DNA of 64,000 bases, from positions 12,212-76,211 of the forward strand of contig DATDAD010000030.1 of NCBI GenBank assembly GCA_036525555.1, in the 5' to 3' direction. Source of the DNA: Nitrosopumilus sp. Its GTDB lineage: Archaea; Thermoproteota; Nitrososphaeria; Nitrososphaerales; Nitrosopumilaceae. How positions within the stretch are numbered: the first letter of the stretch is position 1; the number at the start of each line of letters is the position of its first letter. Of this stretch, positions 48,589 to 57,468 are shown piece by piece. The position numbers were made by a program, and so were the translations under genes. The notes below the pieces were generated by a model. It did not search any database and was not told the origin of the DNA. It saw only the letters and a list, made by a program, of their open reading frames with translations.

Positions 48589-49371
48589 TTAAGACCATGT
48601 TACAATTTTTTTTCCATATTTTGAAAAAGCCAAAAACAACCCTAACGTTATTCGTCTTTTACTGCCCTTTACAGATAGAATTTCATGGTAGTAATTTGGA
48701 TTAATTATCACCAAATCACCCTGATTAGGTTTGATTTTTACACATTGGGCTGAATTTGCAACTACTTCATGCCTGTATCCGAATTCAATATTTCTGTATC
48801 TCTCATCTGATTTCTCCCAAAGTTTTTTGTACAAAACTAATTCCCCTCCTTCTTCAGATTGCTGAATGTATAGCACTGTTGATAATTGTATGGGAAATTT
48901 TGAAACGTTAAAATTTTTTGCCTCATAACTAACATTATCTCTATGTAGTGATGCAGAATCATCTAATCCATGCAATCTAATTATTCCACAAGCATATTTT
49001 TTCCCTTTTTCTGCAGCAACTGAAATTTCTTTATTTGGAAAAAATTTACCTAAAAGTTGATGGATTTTTTTCCTAGGATCCTCAATATCAAAGAAAATAT
49101 CTCTAAGAGTTTTTCTAACAATTTTTGACTGAATGAAGTACTCAGTTTTTCTATTGGCGTAGGAAACAAGAGATACTCCAATTTTTGTCATGCCGTCTAG
49201 GTTTTTTGTATTGGAATTGATTCTTTGAATAATCGCATTACATAAATTCACATCATAAAAATTTTCAATTATCAAAGCTGAAAATTTACCATCCACAATT
49301 TCATTTAATTTTTTTTTATTTTGTTGTATTTTTGTATAATCAATAGATACTGAAGGCCATATTTCAGGCAT
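48589..49371 (-). CDS. 2OG-Fe(II) oxygenase
   Basis: LHRD (HxD), STVLYIQ...GGELVL, GDLVII...YHE, RRIT. Confidence 0.85.
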   Translation of the reverse strand: MPEIWPSVSIDYTKIQQNKKKLNEIVDGKFSALIIENFYDVNLCNAIIQRINSNTKNLDGMTKIGVSLVSYANRKTEYFIQSKIVRKTLRDIFFDIEDPRKKIHQLLGKFFPNKEISVAAEKGKKYACGIIRLHGLDDSASLHRDNVSYEAKNFNVSKFPIQLSTVLYIQQSEEGGELVLYKKLWEKSDERYRNIEFGYRHEVVANSAQCVKIKPNQGDLVIINPNYYHEILSVKGSKRRITLGLFLAFSKYGKKIVTWS

Positions 49372-49656
49372 CTAATATCCACCCTGGCCTGAGTGTGAAA
49401 CTGAAGATATCCAGTTGCCTTCCTCATCCTGTTTTTCAATTTCACATTTTACAAATGCGCCTGAGAGATGCTCTTCAACCAATTCCTTTGTATAAGCATT
49501 GATGTCTGCAGGTAAGGCCATAAAATCGGTTTTACTAATTCTAATTTTCTCCATATCTGAGTATGTGTGTTTGTTACCATCCTTTCTATGAGTAAGATTC
49601 AATTCAAAGATTTGACCTGATAAAACATTTCCCACATTTCCCCAAATAATATCCAT
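49372..49656 (-). CDS. Hypothetical protein
   Basis: 94-aa ORF abutting the oxygenase start. Confidence 0.6.
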   Translation of the reverse strand: MDIIWGNVGNVLSGQIFELNLTHRKDGNKHTYSDMEKIRISKTDFMALPADINAYTKELVEEHLSGAFVKCEIEKQDEEGNWISSVSHSGQGGY

Positions 49657-49864
49657 AAAAAAATTAGTCTTTTCTTATATTTACACTGATAGTGATTTTC
49701 CATATAGTGCCAACATGCTCAAAACACATTTCCGGCATCAAGTGCCTCTGGAACTTCAAATGAAAGTCATTGAGAAAGACGGGACCAAATAATGGAAGAC
49801 GCCCAGTTAGCACTAGCTGGATATATTGACACTAGCTTATATGGGTTCACTGAATAATTACCAT

Positions 49865-50050
49865 ATGGCAGAGCAACAAGAATGGGCAAATTTACTTGCC
49901 GAGATTTTTGACAAGCTCACTCAAAAACACGCCTCAATCACATATGATTTTGATGATTTAGCGCTAAAAGGAGTGATTCAAAAAGATGGCAAACCTGTTC
50001 CAACGGGCGTAGTTTCTCTAAGTGGGAAACTGACAATTACCGCAAAGTGA
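49865..50050 (+). CDS. Small hypothetical protein; ATG at 49865 preferred
   Basis: MAEQQEWANLLAEIFDKLT...LSGKLTITAK. Confidence 0.6.
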   Translation: MAEQQEWANLLAEIFDKLTQKHASITYDFDDLALKGVIQKDGKPVPTGVVSLSGKLTITAK

Positions 50051-50053
50051 GGT

Positions 50054-50425
50054 TTGATTGAAATGAAAGACTTTGATCTACCTGCTACTTTTTTATCTTA
50101 TTTTAACTCTGGAAATCTTAAAGTTACCTGTGATGGGGTCCCTACAATTAATTTCATGGTTGATGGCAATACTAGAATTCTAGATGTTACTGAAATTCCC
50201 ATATCGCTAAAAAATCGTCCCGGGGTCTTCAAACAGCTATCTGAAGCAAAAACATTAGCAAAAAGTCTATCTGAACAAAATATCACATTGGAGATTAGAT
50301 TACAAGGAAATCCTGTTCTCAAATTGGGCAAAAATGCAAATCCAAAGCTAGCAAAAATAGTGACATTAAGTAGCAACATCGAGATTACAGATTTGATGAA
50401 ATTAAAAAAATTAAATGATTTTTGA
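50054..50425 (+). CDS. Hypothetical protein
   Basis: 123-aa ORF, 3 nt after the previous gene. Confidence 0.65.
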   Translation: MIEMKDFDLPATFLSYFNSGNLKVTCDGVPTINFMVDGNTRILDVTEIPISLKNRPGVFKQLSEAKTLAKSLSEQNITLEIRLQGNPVLKLGKNANPKLAKIVTLSSNIEITDLMKLKKLNDF

Positions 50426-50537
50426 GATGCACTGTAGCACACTTATGATATCTTAGGGAATAATTTAGTCCTCAAGGGGATATTAGTTTAGTTTTAGACC
50501 CAAAACAATTAAGATGCAGAATAGTCTATAAGTGTAA

Positions 50538-50816
50538 ATGAGTATCAAGATAAAGTGCGCTCACATACTAGTTGAAAAACAAAGTGAATCACTAGCAATT
50601 TTGGAAAAAATCAAAAGCGGTGAAAAATTTGGAAAGTTAGCGAAAGAATTTTCAACAGACAAAGGAAGTGGAAAAAAAGAGGGGAATTTAGGCTATTTTA
50701 CCAAGGGCATGATGGTAAAGCCATTTGAAGATGCAGCATTCAAACTCCAAGTTGGAGAAATTTCACAGCCGATAAAAACAGAATTTGGGTACCACATAAT
50801 CAAAAGATTAGGATGA
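50538..50816 (+). CDS. Parvulin-type peptidyl-prolyl isomerase
   Basis: AHILV, FGKLAKEFSTD, GNLGYF, MVKPFEDAAF, TEFGYHII. Confidence 0.96.
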   Translation: MSIKIKCAHILVEKQSESLAILEKIKSGEKFGKLAKEFSTDKGSGKKEGNLGYFTKGMMVKPFEDAAFKLQVGEISQPIKTEFGYHIIKRLG

Positions 50817-50963
50817 TTCGGACAATTTCGATTGTTTTATCTTTTCAAAGTCATCATTAATTTTCTGACTAATTTTCTCAAAATCATCATGAATCTCCTT
50901 GTGGAGTTTTTTCTCTCTTTGAATCAGATTTTTCATTTCTTTAGATTTGTCTGGATTTACCAA
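50808..50963 (-). CDS. 51-aa coiled-coil microprotein (not in ORF track)
   Basis: MVNPDKSKEMKNLIQREKKLHKEIHDDFEKISQKINDDFEKIKQSKLSESS. Confidence 0.45.
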   Translation of the reverse strand: MVNPDKSKEMKNLIQREKKLHKEIHDDFEKISQKINDDFEKIKQSKLSESS

Positions 50964-51070
50964 TAAATTATCTTAAAGTGGGATATTTTCAAAGGCTTTA
51001 TCAATTTCAGCATCTAAAAAACCAAAATAAAATACACAACATTTTTTGCAGTAATCAAATTAAATCGATT

Positions 51071-51343
51071 ATGATCTTAACATCTGAAGGGATGGATGAA
51101 ATTTTAGACTATCTGGAGAAATCTATAGAAAATTTATCAAAAGAGGCAGTTGAGAATTTGGAAATAGAGGATGGACTTTCTGGAATTCTGAATTTTCTTC
51201 AAAACCAATTTGATATACGATTAGAAAACATTCTTCTTGCAAAAAAAAGTAGTATTCATCATTTAGAATCAGGAATGAAAAATAAGATCATTCAAAGAAA
51301 GCAATTACTAATTGACAGGATGATCAGGCAGTACAATAATTAA
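51071..51343 (+). CDS. Hypothetical protein
   Basis: Helical ORF; ATG at 51071 or 51092 more likely than the track start. Confidence 0.65.
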   Translation: MILTSEGMDEILDYLEKSIENLSKEAVENLEIEDGLSGILNFLQNQFDIRLENILLAKKSSIHHLESGMKNKIIQRKQLLIDRMIRQYNN

Positions 51344-52848
51344 AGAAACGCATCTAGTCCTTGCTTTTGAGATTCAATCTCTTGATTTTTTTCTAATACC
51401 TGAGTCATTTTTTCACCCATTGATTTGGCAGCAGTCATTTTTCGTTTTCCAATCCAATAGTAGGTTTCATCGATAGTATTTTTTGCAATTAAAACTACTA
51501 ATTTACCAACATCCTTCCTACCAGTTCTCCCCCGCCTTTGAATGAACCTAACAGAACTTGGCACATTGTCATAAAAGATCACCTGGTTTACTTCAGCAAT
51601 ATCCAAACCCTCTTCCCCTACACGAGTAGCAACCAAAACCTGATAGAGACCATCTCGGAAATTTTGCACCGTCTCAATCTGTTTTTTTTGTTTTAGTCCT
51701 TTGTCTCCTGCTTTTCCAATTAGTATGCCAGCACTAATTCCCAATTCAGTTAATTTATTGAAAATTAAATCAACAGAGTCTCGATAACTAGTAAAAATAA
51801 GTGCTTTGCCGGGAACAGAATCAAGGATCTCTTTCAGTTTTGGAATTTTGGAATGCTCAATCCCATGAGATTGTGCTTCTTTAGCCAATTGTATTGCTTT
51901 TGTAAAATTGGGATCAATCTCAAACAAATCCTTTACACCTACACCTTTTTTTGCTTTAGTTCGTTCACAAAATTTTAGAAAAGGAGTAATCCCATGAGCC
52001 TCAAGCATATTTAGCGCATAATGAATTCTAATTGCCGTGAACAGGGGTTTTGCAGAACGTCTATTTTGATTTAATACAAATTGTCGGATTCGAAGAAGGG
52101 CAGAAAGAGATTGTTGTTCTGCTAGCCTGATTCCATTTTTTCTTAACTGATCATATCTTTCATCCAAAGCAGATTTTAACAACTTTTGAATTGTTTTTAA
52201 TTCTGGAGGAAGTTCAACATTAACCCATTCTGTATTAGTTTCTTGAGTGTACGGTTTTACATCAAGACTATCTTCAGTTCTTTCTGCAACACTAGAAATT
52301 TTTAGCCTTGTCAAAATTTCAGTGGCTTTTTCTTTCTCGCTAGGTAAAGTAGCAGTCATTCCAACAATGCGGGCAGGAGTATTTTCAAACCATTGAGCAA
52401 TCCCAGAATAGGCATAATCACCAATAGTCCTATGAACTTCATCAAACACTACAAGATTAAACTGGTTTGGAGATATGATTTTGCGATTTAGATCATTTCT
52501 AGCAATCTCAGGAGTAGCACAAACAACACTGTTATTCCACAGCTTTGCTCTTTTTTGAATCGTATCTTCACCTGTTATCATAGAAATATCATCCAACGTA
52601 AGATTATTTTTTAAGAATTCATAATGTTGATGGACTAAAACTCGAGTAGGGGCTAAAAATAAAATACCGCCAGTTCCTTTTGACAAATACTCGGCAATAA
52701 TATGTAAGGCAACAGCTGTTTTCCCAAGACCAGTTGGCAAAACAACAATACAATTTTCTTTAATTGCCTGATTTGCAAGGCTTACCTGATAATCACGTTT
52801 TTCTATAGAATCATTTTTGACATATTTTTTTTTAATGAATTCAGTCAT
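51340..52848 (-). CDS. Hef/FANCM/Mph1-family SF2 helicase without nuclease domain
   Basis: LPTGLGKT, APTRVLVHQH, DEVH, GMTAT, VATRVGEEGLDI, QRRGRTGR. Confidence 0.92.
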   Translation of the reverse strand: MTEFIKKKYVKNDSIEKRDYQVSLANQAIKENCIVVLPTGLGKTAVALHIIAEYLSKGTGGILFLAPTRVLVHQHYEFLKNNLTLDDISMITGEDTIQKRAKLWNNSVVCATPEIARNDLNRKIISPNQFNLVVFDEVHRTIGDYAYSGIAQWFENTPARIVGMTATLPSEKEKATEILTRLKISSVAERTEDSLDVKPYTQETNTEWVNVELPPELKTIQKLLKSALDERYDQLRKNGIRLAEQQSLSALLRIRQFVLNQNRRSAKPLFTAIRIHYALNMLEAHGITPFLKFCERTKAKKGVGVKDLFEIDPNFTKAIQLAKEAQSHGIEHSKIPKLKEILDSVPGKALIFTSYRDSVDLIFNKLTELGISAGILIGKAGDKGLKQKKQIETVQNFRDGLYQVLVATRVGEEGLDIAEVNQVIFYDNVPSSVRFIQRRGRTGRKDVGKLVVLIAKNTIDETYYWIGKRKMTAAKSMGEKMTQVLEKNQEIESQKQGLDAFL

Positions 52849-53014
52849 ATAGCAATATTAGAACAAAATTTATTGATTTTATGCTTTCGTGTAACAAAAT
52901 ACTATCCACAACTCAATAATTCACAAATAATCCGGTAAAAAATAGGCATGAATTATTCAAGATTGTGAATTAAAGCAATTTTTAAATCTTGAAAAAAGAA
53001 AATTAGCATAATTT

Positions 53015-53161
53015 ATGTCCAAAAAATCCAAATCAACCGCCAATGAGAAAGAGTCAGAAATGAGATTGAAAGAAGAAAGGCAGATTTTGGAATTGGAATT
53101 AGCCTTAAAAAAAGAAAATTACAAAAAGAAAAAAAATATTAAAACAAAAATTGATGTTTGA
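53015..53161 (+). CDS. 48-aa basic microprotein (not in ORF track)
   Basis: MSKKSKSTANEKESEMRLKEERQILELELALKKENYKKKKNIKTKIDV. Confidence 0.4.
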   Translation: MSKKSKSTANEKESEMRLKEERQILELELALKKENYKKKKNIKTKIDV

Positions 53162-53359
53162 AAAAGATAAAATTCTCATGAATGTTAATTATACTGTAAG
53201 ACATCTTTAGAAAATATCAAACCATTACAATGAATTTATCATCTCAGCACTAACTAGTTTTCAGTAAATCCAGACATTATCTTCAACATAGTTTTAATCT
53301 GATCGCAAATTATATTCTATTAACGTGATCCATATATTGAGCAGTCAAACAGAGTTTGT

Positions 53360-53884
53360 ATGAGTTCTTTTGACAGACCAGGCTGGGATGAATATTTTAT
53401 GTTACAAGCAGAACTTGCTAAACTTCGTTCTAACTGCATGACAAGACAAGTAGGTGCAGTAATTGTTAGAAACCACAGACAGTTGGCAACAGGGTATAAT
53501 GGAACTCCACCAGGAATCAAAAACTGTTTTGAGGGAGGATGTAAGAGATGCCAATTAAGAATGGAAGGAAAAATTGAATCAGGAGCATCATTAGACAGAT
53601 GTTTGTGCAATCATGCAGAAGCAAATGCAATAATGCACTGTGCAATTTTAGGAATAGAGGCAGGGATTAAAGGGGCAATTCTATACACGACATTCGTCCC
53701 ATGTTTAGAGTGCACAAAAATGGCAATAACTATAGGGATTAGAAAATTTGTTTGTCTTGATGCATATCCTGAAACAGATTATGATTTGTTGAAGGAGGCA
53801 GGTGTGGAAGTGATTAGTCTTGACAAAAGCAGAATTACAAAATGGGCAAAAGAACTTGTAAGCAAGTACGACAATTCAGAGTGA
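53360..53884 (+). CDS. dCMP deaminase-family protein
   Basis: RPGWDEYF, SNCMTRQVGA, TGYNG, HAEANA, PCLEC. Confidence 0.92.
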   Translation: MSSFDRPGWDEYFMLQAELAKLRSNCMTRQVGAVIVRNHRQLATGYNGTPPGIKNCFEGGCKRCQLRMEGKIESGASLDRCLCNHAEANAIMHCAILGIEAGIKGAILYTTFVPCLECTKMAITIGIRKFVCLDAYPETDYDLLKEAGVEVISLDKSRITKWAKELVSKYDNSE

Positions 53885-53888
53885 GAAA

Positions 53889-56447
53889 ATGCAAGTAAAT
53901 TTGCCAGAAACTAAGAAAATCGAATCAATGCCAGCATCAATGTTAGTATCAGCAGCATATGACAATATATCAAAATCTGCAGTTTTGAAATTTTATGATC
54001 CAGAATCTAAAAAATTATTCTTATGGAAAGATGAAACAGGTCATAAACCATATTGTTATTCAAGATTATCTCCAGACGAATTAGATTTTCTTCAAGAAAG
54101 AGATGACGTTTTGGAAATCAAAACAGTTCGAAGATATGATTTAATGAAAGACAAAGAAATAGATATGTCGAAAATTACTGTTGCAGACCCGTTAGCGATA
54201 GGAGGAACAGCAGGAGACAAAAGTATTAGAAATGTGATTGAGACATGGGAATCAGATATCAAATATTATGAAAATTATTTGTATGATAGAGAACTAATAG
54301 TTGGAAAATATTATGAAGTTGTAAACGGGGAGTTAAAACCACATGATCTAGAAATTTCAGATGAAGTCAAACTTGCATTGAAGAGTTTGCTGTGGGATAA
54401 AGTAGATAGTAAAAGCATGGTTGATGCGGAAGAATTTAAAAAATATATTTCTGAATGGGCAGATTTACTAAATCAGCCAATACCAAAAATAAAGAGACTA
54501 AGTGTAGATATCGAAGTAGAAGCAGAGGTAGGACGCATACCAGATCCAAAAATTGCAGAAAAAAAGGTGACTGCGATAGGATTGAAAGGGTCTGACGGAT
54601 TTGACCAAATTTTTGTTCTCAAAACAGAGGGGACAGAAGAAGGAACAAATGAACTAGAGCAAAATATCAAAATTACATTTTATGAATTAGATAAAGAAAA
54701 AGAAATGATTCAAGATGCATTTGAAATAATGAAGACATTTCCATTTGTACTAACATACAATGGGGATGAATTTGATTTGCCGTATCTCTACAATAGAGCA
54801 GAAAGATTAGGAGTAAAAAATTCAGATAATCCCCTCTATATGATGAGGGATTCTGCAACATTAAAGGAAGGAGTTCATCTTGATTTGTACAAAGTTCTTT
54901 CAAACAGATCATTTCAAATCTATGCATTTAGTCAAAAATATACTGACTTTTCGTTAAACAGTGTGTCAAAAGCACTTCTAGGTAAAGAAAAGATAGATTA
55001 TGGATTAGAATTCGACGAGTTATCCCTCTACCAGACTGCAAATTATTGTTATAATGACGCTCTTCTAACATACGAACTAACCAGTTTTAATAAAGATTTG
55101 ATGATGGACTTGCTTGTAATCATTGCAAGAATTGGAAGAATGCCAATTGACGATATTGCAAGAATGGGTGTCTCGCAGTGGATTAGAAGTTTACTGTATT
55201 ATGAGCATAGACGAAGAAATTGTTTGATTCCAAAACGAGAGGAATTACAAAGAAGATCAGAAGGGGTAATGTCAGATGCAGTAATCAAAGATAAGAAATA
55301 TCGTGGCGGTCTCGTTGTAGAACCCAAAGAAGGAATTCATTTTGATGTGGTGGTAATGGATTTTGCCAGTCTGTATCCAAGCATCATCAAAGTTAGAAAT
55401 CTATCATATGAAACAGTTAGATGCCCTCACGAAGAGTGTAAAAAAAATACAATACCTGGAACAAATCATTGGGCATGCACAAAAAAGAATGGTCAGACAT
55501 CCATGATTATTGGATCGTTAAGAGATTTGAGGGTAAATTATTACAAAAGTCTATCAAAAAAAGAGACACTGACAGATGATCAAAGGCAGCAATACACAGT
55601 TGTCAGCCAAGCACTCAAAGTGATTCTAAATGCCAGTTATGGTGTAATGGGAGCTGAAATATTTCCACTATACTTCCTACCAGTAGCAGAAGCAACAACT
55701 GCAATCGGTAGATACACAATTTTAGAAACAATCAAAAAATGCGAAGAGGCAGGGATCGAGGTTCTGTATGGAGACACAGATTCATTATTTATTAAAAATC
55801 CAACTAAAGAGCAAATCAAAATTGTGATAGAGCAAGCAAAGAAGGAACACGGTGTAGATTTAGAGATTGATAAAACGTACAGATATTGTGTACTCAGTAA
55901 TAGGAAGAAAAACTATTTGGGAGTTACAAAAGACGGCAAAGTAGACGTTAAAGGATTGACAGGTAAAAAATCACACACGCCTGCATTTATAAAAAATTTG
56001 TTTTATGAGTTAATCGATGTCTTGTCCAGGGTCCAAACAGTAGAAGATTTCGTAAAGGCAAAGCAAGAAATTACAAAGAAAATTGCAACATGCGGCAAGA
56101 AAGTGGAAGCAAAAGAAATACCATTAAAAGATTTGACATTTAATGTGATGTTAAGTAAGGCACCATCTGAATATGTGAAAACAATTCCTCAACATATCAG
56201 AGCAGCCAAACAATTAGAATCCATCAGGGAGATAAAGAAAGGAGACAAGATTTCATTTATCAAAATCCTAAACAAACCTGGCGTAAAACCAGTTGAATTG
56301 GCAAAGAAAGAAGAAATTGATTCTAAAAAATATATGGAGTTTATGGAATCAACATTAGAACAAATCACATCCTCAATGGATTTAGATTTTGACACAATGT
56401 TAGGAAAGCCAAAACAGACAGGATTGGATGAATTCTTTTGGAGTTAG
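53889..56447 (+). CDS. polB: Family B DNA polymerase (PolB1)
   Basis: DIE, TYNGDEFD, DFASLYPS, KVILNASYG, YGDTDS, KKNY. Confidence 0.97.
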   Translation: MQVNLPETKKIESMPASMLVSAAYDNISKSAVLKFYDPESKKLFLWKDETGHKPYCYSRLSPDELDFLQERDDVLEIKTVRRYDLMKDKEIDMSKITVADPLAIGGTAGDKSIRNVIETWESDIKYYENYLYDRELIVGKYYEVVNGELKPHDLEISDEVKLALKSLLWDKVDSKSMVDAEEFKKYISEWADLLNQPIPKIKRLSVDIEVEAEVGRIPDPKIAEKKVTAIGLKGSDGFDQIFVLKTEGTEEGTNELEQNIKITFYELDKEKEMIQDAFEIMKTFPFVLTYNGDEFDLPYLYNRAERLGVKNSDNPLYMMRDSATLKEGVHLDLYKVLSNRSFQIYAFSQKYTDFSLNSVSKALLGKEKIDYGLEFDELSLYQTANYCYNDALLTYELTSFNKDLMMDLLVIIARIGRMPIDDIARMGVSQWIRSLLYYEHRRRNCLIPKREELQRRSEGVMSDAVIKDKKYRGGLVVEPKEGIHFDVVVMDFASLYPSIIKVRNLSYETVRCPHEECKKNTIPGTNHWACTKKNGQTSMIIGSLRDLRVNYYKSLSKKETLTDDQRQQYTVVSQALKVILNASYGVMGAEIFPLYFLPVAEATTAIGRYTILETIKKCEEAGIEVLYGDTDSLFIKNPTKEQIKIVIEQAKKEHGVDLEIDKTYRYCVLSNRKKNYLGVTKDGKVDVKGLTGKKSHTPAFIKNLFYELIDVLSRVQTVEDFVKAKQEITKKIATCGKKVEAKEIPLKDLTFNVMLSKAPSEYVKTIPQHIRAAKQLESIREIKKGDKISFIKILNKPGVKPVELAKKEEIDSKKYMEFMESTLEQITSSMDLDFDTMLGKPKQTGLDEFFWS

Positions 56448-56455
56448 AATAGAAA

Positions 56456-56740
56456 ATGGAAGTAGATGGAACATTTCTAACAATATTAGGAATAACCGCA
56501 GGGATTTTGATTTTGATGGGATGGGTTGAACAAATCTACAAAGGATATAAAACCAAAAGACTCAAGGATGTTTCAAAATTTTTAATGATCTTCATTGCAG
56601 CAGGTTCGATATTATGGCTAATTTATGGGATTATAATAGATGACGTATTCATAATCGGCACTAACATGTCAGGGTTAATTTTAATGATCATAGTATTAGG
56701 AATGAAAAAAAGATACGACATTCATGCTAAAACATCATAA
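56456..56740 (+). CDS. SemiSWEET/PQ-loop family transporter
   Basis: 3 TM; EQIYKGYKTKRLKDVS; WLIYG; IIGTN. Confidence 0.8.
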   Translation: MEVDGTFLTILGITAGILILMGWVEQIYKGYKTKRLKDVSKFLMIFIAAGSILWLIYGIIIDDVFIIGTNMSGLILMIIVLGMKKRYDIHAKTS

Positions 56741-56778
56741 TCAAGGAATAAATACAATACAGAAAGTTTCAATTAAAG

Positions 56779-57435
56779 ATGTTTGTAATTAATTGTAAAA
56801 ATTATGAAGAAATTGCAGGAGACAAAATAGTAAAATTTGTAAAGACAGCAGAAAAAATTTCCAAAAAATATAAAATAAAAATAGCAATATCACCACCACA
56901 GCATCTAATTGGATTGGTATCAAATAGTTCAATTCCAATTTTAGCCCAACATATCGACGACTCAAAGGTTGGAAGCACTACAGGGTTTGTCATTCCAGAA
57001 TTATTAAAAAAATCCAAAGTTAAAGGATCATTAATCAATCACAGTGAACATAGAATTTCCAGTAAAGAAATTGAAAAATTAATTTTAAAATTAAAAGAAT
57101 TAAAAATGATATCTATTTTATGTGTAAAAGATGTTGCTGAAGTTAAAAAGTATGCAAAATTCAATCCAGATTATATTGCAATAGAGCCTCCAGAATTAAT
57201 TGGATCTGGCAAAGCAGTTTCTAAAGAAAAACCAGAATTAATCACTAAAGCCGCAGAAGCAATAAAGAATGCAAAAAACAATACAAAATTACTTTGTGGC
57301 GCAGGGATTGTTTCAGGAGAAGATGTTTCTAAGGCCTTAGAGTTGGGATCCAAAGGAATCTTGGTTGCAAGTGGAATTATCAAAGCAAAAGACTGGAATA
57401 AAATTATGGCAGATTTTGCCAAGTCAATGGTTTAA
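56779..57435 (+). CDS. tpiA: Triosephosphate isomerase (archaeal type)
   Basis: INCKNY, AQH, NHSE, EPPELIG, CGAGI, LVASG. Confidence 0.96.
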   Translation: MFVINCKNYEEIAGDKIVKFVKTAEKISKKYKIKIAISPPQHLIGLVSNSSIPILAQHIDDSKVGSTTGFVIPELLKKSKVKGSLINHSEHRISSKEIEKLILKLKELKMISILCVKDVAEVKKYAKFNPDYIAIEPPELIGSGKAVSKEKPELITKAAEAIKNAKNNTKLLCGAGIVSGEDVSKALELGSKGILVASGIIKAKDWNKIMADFAKSMV

Positions 57436-57468
57436 TACCCCCTTTCTAAGATTGTTTAATCGTAAAAA

